From positions 1,426,001 through 1,490,000 of the forward strand of contig SMSO01000025.1 in the NCBI GenBank assembly GCA_004764695.1: a stretch of 64,000 nt of DNA, given 5' to 3'. Positions 43,701-55,700 of the stretch are shown in pieces. Position 1 is the first letter of the stretch, and every line of letters starts with the position of its first letter. Below the pieces are notes generated by a model. That model did not search any database, was not told the origin of the DNA, and worked only from the letters and a program-made list of their open reading frames with translations. A program made the position numbers and the translations under genes. This DNA is from Schizochytrium sp. TIO01. Its lineage: Eukaryota; Protista; Bigyra: Labyrinthulomycetes.

Positions 43701-46700
43701 TATCTCCACCGGTGCCACCTGATGCATCACCAGTCACAACCTTGAACTCGCCAGTATCACCAGCTGCTGTATCTCCCGTTGTGATTGTCACAGCACCGCT
43801 GACACCACTGGTGCCACCATCGGAAGTAACAAGTTCAATACTGCCACTTGAAGAAGCTGTGCCAGCGCCTGTAGTCAAACGAATGCGGCCACCAGTTTTG
43901 CTTGCACCGACACCAGATGTGATATCAATAGAGCCACCCACGCCAGATGTAGTACCACTGGCAGCACCTGCAGTCATCACAATAGCGCCACCGGTACCGG
44001 TCGCAGCTCTGTTCAGGCCTGCAGTGATTGTAACTTGACCACCTGTATCCACATCACCTGAGCCAACCAGCAATGAGATATCACCACCTTTGCCAGCTGT
44101 TGCACTACCGGTCGAGATCATAACTTCGCCAGCATAACCGTTCACAGCGGTTCCAGTCGACAATGAAATACTGCCACTGGTTCCTGTTGTGCCACCATTT
44201 GGTGTGTCGATGACAATATGTCCACTTGATGATGCAGAGCCAAGTCCTGACGTAAATGTCATAGAACCACCAGTTAAAGCACTGGTCGAACCAGCCGTCA
44301 ACGCAACAAGACCTCCAGCACCAGAAGTACCAGTGCCAACGGAGAGAGTAATATCTCCACCGGTGCCACCTGATGAATCGCCAGTCACAACCTTGAACTC
44401 GCCAGTATCACCAGCTGCTGTATCTCCCGTTGTGATTGTCACAGCACCGCTGACACCACTTGTGCCACCGTCGGAAGTAACAAGTTCGATACTGCCACTG
44501 GAAGAAGCTGTGCCAGCGCCTGTAGTCAAACGAATGCGGCCACCAGTTTTGCTTGCACCGACACCAGATGTGATATCAATAGAGCCACCCACGCCAGATG
44601 TAGTACCACTTGCAGCACCTGCAGTCATTACAATAGCACCACCAGTACCAGTGGAAGCTCTGTTCAAACCTGCAGTGATTGTAACTTGACCACCTGTATC
44701 CACATTACCTGAGCCAACCAGCAATGAGATATCACCACCCTTGCCAGCTGTTGCACTACCAGTCGAGATCATAACTTCGCCGGCATAACCGTTCACAGCG
44801 GTTCCAGTCGACAATGAAATACTGCCACTGGTTCCTGTTGTTCCGCCATTTGGTGTGTCAATGACAATATGTCCACTCGATGATGATGAGCCAGCACCGG
44901 ATGTGAAAGTCATTGAACCACCGGTTAAGTCATTGGTTGAGCCTGCATTCAACGCAACGAGCCCACCAGCACCGGAGGTACCGGTGCCAACTGACAAAGT
45001 AATATCTCCACCAGTGCCACCACTTGCTGTTGCATCACCAGTAACAACCTTGAACTCGCCAGTATCACCAGCTCCAGCATCTCCAGTTTTGATCGTCACT
45101 GCACCACTAACACCACTTGTGCAACCATCAGCAGTGACAAGTTCAATACTACCACTAGAACTAGAAGTTCCTTCACCAGTGGTTAGACGAATACGACCTC
45201 CAGTGTACTTAGCACCAACACCAGAGGAGATATCGATGGAACCACCAACACTAGCTGTAATTCCAGTACCGTCTCCAGCAGTCATCACAATAGCACCACC
45301 TGTGCCGGTATTAGCACTGCTGTCACCTGCAGTAATCGTCACCATACCACCAGTTGAGACATCTCCAGTACCAACAAGTAAAGAAATATCTCCTCCTTTG
45401 CCAGCGAACGCTGTTCCGGTGGAAATGTAAACTTCGCCAGAATCTCCAGCATTAGTACTGCCAGTAGAAAGCGAAATACTGCCACTTGTACCAGCGGAGC
45501 CACCATTTGGCGTCTCAATAACAATATGACCGCTGGACTTCAACGATCCAGCACCAGAGGTGAAGGTCATTGAACCACCGGTTAAAGCACTGGTCGAACC
45601 AGCCGTTACCGCAACAAGACCTCCAGAACCGGAAGTACCGGTGCCAACGGAGAGAGTAATATCTCCACCGGTGCCACCTGATGCATCACCAGTCACAACC
45701 TTGAACTCGCCAGTATCACCAGCGGCTGTATCTCCCGTTGTGATTGTCACAGCACCGCTAACACCAGCTAGACCACCATCGGAAGTAACAAGTTCGATAC
45801 TGCCACTGGAAGAAGCAGTGTGCCAGCGCCTGTAGTCAAGTCGAATGCGGCCACCAGTTTTGCTTGCACCGACACCAGATGTGATATCAATAGAGCCACC
45901 CACGCCAGATGTAGTACCACTGGCAGTACCTGCAGTCATCACAATAGCGCCACCGGTACCGGTCGCAGCTCTGTTCAGGCCTGCAGTGATTGTAACTTGA
46001 CCACCTGTATCCACATCACCTGAGCCAACCAGCAATGAGATATCACCACCTTTGCCAGCTGTTGCACTACCGGTCGAGATCATAACTTCGCCAGCATAAC
46101 CGTTCACAGCGGTTCCAGTCGACAATGAAATACTGCCACTGGTTCCTGTTGTGCCACCATTTGGTGTGTCGATGACAATATGTCCACTTGATGATGTAGA
46201 GCCAAGTCCTGACGTAAATGTCATAGAACCACCAGTTAAAGCACTGGTCGAACCAGCCGTCAACGCAACAAGACCTCCAGCACCAGAAGTACCAGTGCCA
46301 ACGGAGAGAGTAATATCTCCACCGGTGCCACCTGATGCATCACCAGTCACAACCTTGAACTCGCCAGTATCACCAGCGGCTGTATCTCCCGTTGTGATTG
46401 TCACAGCACCGCTAACACCAGCTAGACCACCATAGGAAGTAACAAGTTCGATACTGCCACTGGAAGAAGCTGTGCCAGCGCCTGTAGTCAAACGAATGCG
46501 GCCACCAGTTTTGCTTGCACCGATACCAGATGCAATATCAATAGAGCCACCTACGCTAGACGTAGTACCACTGGCAGTACCTGCAGTCATCACAATAGCG
46601 CCACCGGTACCGGTCGCAGCTCTGTTCAGGCCTGCAGTGATTGTAACTTGACCACCTGTATCCACATCACCTAAGCCAACCAGCAATGAGATATCACCAC

Positions 46701-49700
46701 CTTTGCCAGCTGTTGCACTACCGGTCGAGATCATAACTTCGCCAGCATAACCGTTCACAGCGGTTCCAGTCGACAATGAAATACTGCCACTGGTTCCTGT
46801 TGTGCCGCCATTTGGTGTGTCAATGACAATATGTCCACTCGATGATGATGAGCCAGCACCGGATGTGAATGTCATTGAACCACCGGTCAACGCATTGGTT
46901 GAGCCTGCAGTCAACGAAACAAGGCCACCAGCACCGGAAGTACCAGTGCCTACTGATAAAGTAATATCTCCACCAGTGCCACCTGATGCATCACCAGTCA
47001 TAACCTTGAACTCGCCAGTATCACCAGCTGCTGTATCTCCCGTTGTGATTGTCACAGCACCGCTGACACCACCTGTGCCACCATCGGAAGTAACAAGTTC
47101 GATACTGCCACTTGAAGAAGCTGTGCCAGCACCAGTAGTCAAACGAATGCGGCCACCAGTTTTGCTTGCACCGACACCAGATGTGATATCAATAGAGCCA
47201 CCCACGCCAGATGTAGTACCACTGGCAGCACCTGCAGTCATCACAATAGCGCCACCGGTACCAGTCGCAGCTCTGTTCAGGCCTGCAGTGATTGTAACTT
47301 GACCACCTGTATCCACATCACCTGAGCCGACCAGCAATGAGATATCACCACCCTTGCCAGCTGTTGCACTACCGGTCGAGATCATAACTTCGCCAGCATA
47401 ACCGTTCACAGCGGTTCCAGTCGACAATGAAATACTGCCACTGGTTCCTGTTGTGCCACCATTTGGTGTGTCGATGACAATATGACCACTCGATGATGCA
47501 GAGCCAAGTCCTGACGTAAATGTCATAGAACCACCAGTTAAAGCACTGGTCGAACCAGCCGTCAACGCAACAAGACCTCCAGCACCGGAGGTACCGGTTC
47601 CAACGGAGAGAGTAATATCTCCACCAGTGCCACCACTTGCTGTTGCATCACCAGTCACAACTTTGAACTCTCCAGTATCACCAGCTGCGGCGTCGCCAGT
47701 TGTGATCGTCACAGCACCGCTGACACCAGCTAGACCTCCATCTGCAGTAACAAGTTCAATACTGCCACTGGAAGTAGCGGTGCCTGCGCCTGTAGTTAGT
47801 CGGATACGACCACCAGTTTTACTTGCACCGACACCAGATGTGATATCAATAGAGCCACCCACGCCAGATGTAGCACCACTGGCAGCACCTGCAGTCATCA
47901 CAATAGCGCCACCGGTACCGGTCGCAGCTCTGTTCAGGCCTGCAGTGATTGTAACTTGACCACCTGTATCCACATTACCTGAGCCGACCAGCAATGAGAT
48001 ATCACCACCCTTGCCAGCTGTTGCACTACCGGTCGAGATCATAACTTCACCAGCATAACCGTTCACAGAGGTTCCAGTCGACAATGAAATACTGCCACTG
48101 GTTCCTGTTGTGCCGCCATTTGGTGTTTCAATGACAACATGTCCACTCGATGATGATGAACCAGCACCCGATGTGAAAGTCATTGAACCACCGGTTAAGT
48201 CATTGGTTGAGCCTGCAGTCAACGAAACAAGGCCACCAGCACCAGAAGTACCAGTGCCTACTGATAAAGTAATATCTCCACCAGTGCCACCACTTGCTGT
48301 TGCATCACCAGTCACAACCTTGAACTCGCCAGTATCACCAGCTGCTGTGCCTCCCGTTGTGATTGTCACAGCACCGCTGACACCAGCTAGACCTCCATCT
48401 GCAGTAACAAGTTCAATACTGCCACTGGAAGTAGCGGTGCCAGCGCCTGTAGTTAGTCGGATACGACCACCAGTTTCGCTTGCTCCGACACCAGATGTGA
48501 TATCAATAGAGCCACCCACTCCGGATGTAGTACCACTGGCAGTACCTGCAGTCATCACAATAGCGCCACCGGTACCGGTCGCAGCTCTGTTCAGGCCTGC
48601 AGTGATTGTAACTTGACCACCTGTATCCACATCACCTGAGCCAACCAGCAATGAGATATCACCACCTTTGCCAGCTGTTGCACTACCGGTCGAGATCATA
48701 ACTTCGCCAGCATAACCGTTCACAGCGGTTCCAGTCGACAATGAAATACTGCCACTGGTTCCTGTTGTGCCACCATTTGGTGTGTCAATGACAATATGTC
48801 CACTCGATGATGATGAGCCAGCTCCTGATGTAAATGTCATAGAACCACCAGTTAAAGCACTGGTCGAACCAGCCGTCAACGCAACAAGACCTCCAGCACC
48901 AGAAGTACCAGTGCCAACGGAGAGAGTAATATCTCCACCAGTGCCACCACTTGCTGTTGCATCACCAGTCACAACTTTGAACTCTCCAGTATCACCAGCT
49001 GCAGCGTCGCCAGTTGTGATTGTCACAGCACCGCTGACACCAGCTAGACCTCCATCTGCAGTAACAAGTTCAATACTGCCACTGGAAGTAGCAGTGCCAG
49101 CACCCGTAGTCAAACGAATGCGGCCACCAGTTTCGCTTGCACCGACACCAGATGTGATATCAATAGAGCCACCCACGCCAGATGTAGTACCACTGGCAGC
49201 ACCTGCAGTCATCACAATAGCACCACCGGTACCGGTCGCAGCTCTGTTCAGGCCTGCAGTGATTGTAACTTGACCACCTGTATCCACATTACCTGAGCCG
49301 ACCAGCAATGAGATATCACCACCCTTGCCAGCTGTTGCACTACCGGTCGAGATCATAACTTCGCCAGCATAACCGTTCACAGCGGTTCCAGTCGACAATG
49401 AAATACTGCCACTGGTTCCTGTTGTGCCACCATTTGGTGTGTCAATGACAATATGTCCACTCGATGATGATGAGCCAAATCCTGATGTAAATGTAATTGA
49501 ACCACCAGTTAAAGCACTGGTCGAACCAGCCGTCAACGCAACAAGACCTCCAGCACCAGAAGTACCAGTGCCTACTGATAAAGTAATATCTCCACCAGTG
49601 CCACCACTTGCTGTTGCATCACCAGTCACAACTTTGAACTCTCCAGTATCACCAGCTGCAGCGTCGCCAGTTGTGATTGTCACAGCACCGCTGACACCAG

Positions 49701-52700
49701 CTAGACCTCCATCTGCAGTAACAAGTTCAATACTGCCACTGGAAGTAGCGGTACCAGCGCCTGTAGTTAGTCGGATACGACCACCAGTTTTACTTGCACC
49801 GACACCAGATGTGATATCAACAGAGCCACCCACTCCGGATGTGGTACCACTGGCAGTACCTGCAGTCATCACAATAGCGCCACCGGTACCAGTCGCAGCT
49901 CTGTTCAGGCCTGCAGTGATTGTAACTTGACCACCTGTATCCACATTACCTGAGCCGACCAGCAATGAAATATCACCACCCTTGCCAGCTGTTGCACTAC
50001 CGGTCGAGATCATAACTTCGCCAGCATAACCGTTCACAGCGGTTCCAGTCGACAATGAAATACTGCCACTGGTTCCTGTTGTGCCACCATTTGGTGTGTC
50101 AATGACAATATGTCCACTCGATGATGTTGAGCCAAATCCTGATGTAAATGTAATTGAACCACCAGTTAAAGCACTGGTCGAACCAGCCGTCAACGCAACA
50201 AGACCTCCAGCACCGGAGGTACCGGTTCCAACGGAGAGAGTAATATCTCCACCAGTGCCACCACTTGCTGTTGCATCACCAGTCACAACTTTGAACTCTC
50301 CAGTATCACCAGCTGCAGCGTCGCCAGTTGTGATTGTCACAGCACCGCTGACACCAGCTAGACCTCCATCTGCAGTAACAAGTTCAATACTGCCACTGGA
50401 AGTAGCGGTACCAGCGCCTGTAGTTAGTCGGATACGACCACCAGTTTCGCTTGCACCGACACCAGATGTGATATCAATAGAGCCACCCACTCCAGATGTA
50501 GTACCACTGGCAGCACCGGCAGTCAGGACAATAGCTCCACCAGTGCCAGTTGTAGCTCTGTTCAGGCCGGCCGTGATTGCAATCATTCCACCTGTGGTCA
50601 CATCCCCTGAACCAACAAGCAATGAAATGTCTCCACCTTTGCCTGTAGTGGCACTGCCCGTTGAGATGTGGATCTCGCCTGAGTATCCGTTGGATGCATC
50701 TCCCGTGGTCAATTCGATAGATCCACTTGTTCCTGCTGTACCTGCGTTTGCAGTTATGAGATCTATATGCCCGCTGCTCGTAGTTGTTCCAGCACCAGTC
50801 AGGATTGTGACTGAGCCACCTGTGGAATCATCAGTTTGTCCAGCTGTGATCATGACAAGCCCACCTTGGCCACTAGTACCATCTCCTACAAGAAGAGAAA
50901 TTGCACCACCTTTGCCTGATATAGAGTTGCCTGTCACCACTTGAAATTCACCAGTATCCCCATTTGGCGCATCCCCTGTACTTATCAAAACTGCACCACT
51001 GGTACCAGTTGTGCCTCCTGGTGCTGTAGATATTTCGACGTTGCCACTCGACGTGGAAGATCCATATCCTGATGTCACCGAAATCTTTCCTCCGGTTTCT
51101 ACAGAGGAGAGACCTGCCTCAGCTATAAAATCCCCACCTACGCCGGTATCACCATCTCCTACAAGTACAGAAATATCCCCGCCTTTACCACCAGAAGCAT
51201 CACCTGTAGATAGGATGATTTCTCCGCTAGAACCTGCACTAGTGGTGCCGGTCTCAATTGAGATAGCACCGGAAACCCCCGCAGTACCAGCATTAGACGT
51301 AAGAAGGGAAAACGCTCCACTGCTCGTAGCGATGCCCTGACCTGTTGTCAGAGTTATCTTACCACCAGTGGCATCACGAGAATCGCCAGCATCAAGAGTT
51401 ATAGCCCCTCCGCGTGTATCACCAACACCAACAAGAAGACTAATGGCCCCGCCGTGGGAAGACAGTGCTGTCCCTGTCGAGAGTAGAATCTCTCCAGAAG
51501 CTCCAAAACTTGATGTTCCGGTTAAAAATGAAATGGCTCCGCTGACTCCAGAAACACCCGCATTCACAGTCTCCAAAGTGATACTACCACTGGAAGTAGC
51601 TGAACCATATCCAGAGCGAATTGAGATGAGACCGCCAGTCTCGTGAGTAGTCTCTCCTGCTTGAACGAAAACATCACCACCTGCATTTAGGGTACCCTTT
51701 CCAACTAGTATGCTTATGTCTCCACCTTTACCAGATAAGGATGATTTACCAGTCTCAATCCGAATCTCGCCGCTAGAGCCCAATGTTGCTGCGCCTGTAC
51801 TCAGCTGCATCGCTCCACTTGTGCCTGCATTGCCAGCGTTGCTTGTGGCAATCCATATACTACCGCTTGATGTTTCCGCAGAGCGACCTGAGATAATCCG
51901 TATTTTACCACCAGTTCGGCCAGATGTTGACGTCGTAGCTCCGGAATAAATCATGACACTACCTCCTTGGCCAGAGTTTCCTGAGCCAACGGTAATTGAA
52001 ACATTTCCAGCACTTCCAGAAATCGCATTGCCGGTTGAAAGAACAATTTGTCCGGAGCTACCTGCTTGCGTGTTACCAGTGTGAACATCAATTAGCCCGC
52101 TCATACCGGACAGCCCTCCTTGAGCAGTTTCAATAACGATTTTTCCACTTGTAGTAGCTGTACCGTTCCCTGAAAGCATGTATAACCCTCCACCAGTATT
52201 GGTAGTACTTGTACCTGCAGTGATATTGACTATACCACCTTTCGCGTCAGTTGATGAACCAACGAGGATTTTAACGTCACCAGCTGTACCTTTGGTTGAT
52301 GTACCCGTAATAAGTTCAATTGAGCCGGTCTTGCTGGTGGTAGAATTGCCCGTATAGAAATACATTGAACCGCTTTGGCCTTTGGTTCCAGCATTAGGTG
52401 TATGGATGGAAACTTGGCCACTTGTTGTAGCAGTACCTGCACCGGATTTGATATCGATATTTCCACCAAAAGATTTGGTACTATTACCAGCAGCCATAAA
52501 AACATCGCCACCCACTCCAGATCCAGAAGTCCCAACTTGGATGTGAACTTTGCCGGACTGACCTCCACTTGTTGAGCCTGTGGTGATGTTTATCATTCCT
52601 GTTTTTGATCTTGCTCCGTTTCCAGTATATAACAGCAGATCGCCACTTGAACCTGATGTACCTGCCTCACTCGAAGCAATAGTTACATTTCCACTCGAGG

Positions 52701-55700
52701 AACTTGTTCCAGCACCTGAGAGGATTTGAACACTGCCACCAGCATTTGCATTACTCCTACCCGCCAGCATTGTGATATTACCTCCCACGGCACCGGTAGA
52801 GTTGCCAACATAAAACTCAATGTTGCCGGCGCTTCCACTGAGAGCTTTGCCTGTAGAAAACAAAACAGATCCACTTGTACCTTCAGAAGAAGTTCCTGTC
52901 TGCAATATAATACCGCCGCTAACTCCCGAAGAACCAGCATCCCCGGTCGAAAATAAAAGGCTTCCACTTGAGCTAGAAAGTCCACGGCCTGTATCAAAGC
53001 TAACTTGACCTCCTCGGTGTGAGGTACTGTCTCCAGCGACAAAACTGATATTTCCACCTCTAGATGCAGACGCTTGGCCCGCAGCAAACCATATATTGCC
53101 AGATGAGCCGCTCGCACTGTCTCCAGTCTCAAAGGATATACTGCCACTTGCCCCAACAGAGGCAGATCCAGTATAAAATTGCAGGCTCCCACTTCGGCCA
53201 AGCGGACCCGAGTCTTCCGAGAAAATTTGAACTGATCCACTTGTCGTTTTCTCACCATATCCTGCGGCGATCATTACCGAGCCACCAGTCTTGGTTTCGC
53301 TACTTCCTGCTTGAAGAATGATATTCCCACCACTGCCAGAAGCACTGTCTCCAACAGAAATTGAAACTTCCCCAGCGCTACCCTCAGAAGAATCGCCAGT
53401 AGCAAATAACAGGTCGCCTGAGTCTCCACTTTCAGTTGAACCAGACGTGAAGTGAACATTGCCACTTTCTCCATCATTGAAAGCATCGGCGGTGTGTACT
53501 AAAACGCTGCCGCTATCACCACTTTCACTGGAACCAGAGAGGAGAAACATGTCTCCTCCACGACCCTTTGTTGCATTTCCTCCATAAAAGCCAACTGGGC
53601 CACCGGTATATCCATCTCCACCATAAAAGGTGATATTACCACCTATTCCATAGTTTGCAGAAGATGTACTAGCATGAAATACAATGTCCGCTCCATCGTC
53701 TCCCATAGACTCCCCTGCATTCACATAGATATTACCACCACGTCCCCCAAGACCGATTCCCGTTGACAGAATATAGTCACCTCCATTCGTGGCACCTTCT
53801 CCTGTCTCAATGGTGATATTTCCTCCAGTATATTGGTTAGAATGGCCAGCCTGGAGCATGATACCTGCTCCACGACTTGTACCAGACACACCAGCAGATA
53901 ATTCTATGTTACCCGCAGAGCCACTTAAAGCGCTACCTGTAACTAATGAAATACCACCAGACAGAGTATTCCCCGAGCCTGTAGAGATATAGACTTGGCC
54001 ACTCTGGCTTGAAGAAGCTGTTTTGACACTAAATTCACCACTTGACTTTTTGCTACTTGCTCCGGTAGATAGGATAATAGAACCTCCAGCTAAAGCAGTG
54101 CCTTTACCACCTTGCAAAGTCACATTACCGCCACGCGAGGCTCCATCGCCGGAGGAAATACTAATTGCTCCACCATCACTGCTAACAAGCGAGGTATCAG
54201 TGCTTTCCCCAGCCATAAAAATTAGGCTACCGCCGGTACCCTTGCTCGTTGTCCCAGCGGTTGCTACAATGTCACCACCTCGGCCACTATCACCAGCACC
54301 AGCAACTATCTGGACCATTCCGGCATCAGCCCCTACTGCAGATCCTGTAGCGAGAAGAATTCCGCCAGAGCGAGCTCCAGTCTTTAGACCATTAGGGGTT
54401 GTCATCTGAATGTCACCACTACTACTACTTGCACTACTGCCAGAAATTATCGAAACAAGACCGCCAGTTGCACTTTCAGAAGACCCGGCCACTAGAGTAA
54501 TAGCACCACCAGACTTGGTTCCACCGCTGCCTCCGGAAATACGAACCTCTCCACCAGCTGCTGGAGATGAGCCTGCAACAAAAGTTACATTTCCTCCATT
54601 GTTTAGAGAACTCAAAGTGGATCCGACTACAAATTCGATGCCTCCAGCAGAGCCAGCACTCGCAGTACCTGTTGCAACACTTACAGCTCCACTAGATACT
54701 CCTGATCCGGTTGTTAAACTCAAGTTCCCAGACTTTGCAGACGAAGAAGATCCAGTATTCAGTAAAATACTGCCTCCAACTTTATCAATAGAGGATCCCG
54801 CAGTTATATTTATATTGCCACCAGATCCCGAAGATGAAGAGGCACCTCCGGCTTCTACTGTCAGGTTACCTGCTTTTCCTGACACTACGGCACCCGAAGC
54901 AACACGTACATTGCCCGATCCGACCCCAGCCGCCCATGCACGACTAGATTCAAGGTAGATTGCGCCAGATCTAACTCCAGTGCTACGACCACTTGTCATG
55001 TTTATCGCACCTCCAGTTAAAGCACCAGAGCCTCCGGATAATTCAATGCTGCCACCGCTTCCAGACGGACTAGAACCTGCGGACATTTTAATATTGCCAC
55101 CCAATCCTTTACCTGAAGCTTGGCCAGAATTGAGAGACAGAACACCTCCAGCTGTATCACCACTTTCAGCATGGCCAACTTGAACGATGATACTTCCAGC
55201 TGAACTGGTAGTGCTGTTTCCAGTTTCAATTGTTACTCCGCCGCTGCTATCGTCCGCATTCCCAGTTTGAAGCTGAATGGAGCCAGACGCGGCTTTAGTC
55301 GAATCCGGAGAGAGTATCGAAATTTTGCCGGTACTACCTGATTCACTTTCACCTGAAGATATAATTATATAACCTCCATCACCATCACTGGAAGAATTAC
55401 CAGCGTGGAAGTCAAGGTTACCCCCAGGTCCACTTGTACTTGAGCCACCACGAAGTAAAATGGTTCCGCCTTGAGTTTTGGAAAGCGAGTTTCCACCAAT
55501 AAGCTTCAACGCATTAGGAGCAGAGGATGAACCTACAGAAAGCATAACACCGCCTGAAGAATCAGTTCCATTACCAGAAGAAATGTTCACATTGCCAGAG
55601 GAAGCTGCCTTTGGAGTACTTATGAATATTGTGCCAGATGTGCTGGCGCCCAATCCCGAGGTAATATTGATCAATCCACCTGTAAAAGAACCACTTGAAG

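Noticed and set aside
1-50640. CRISPR array, non-coding satellite or mobile element
   Set aside because: There is no repeat-spacer structure and no transposase or terminal repeats. Unit lengths are multiples of 3 and variation is largely synonymous or conservative, which indicates coding repeats.
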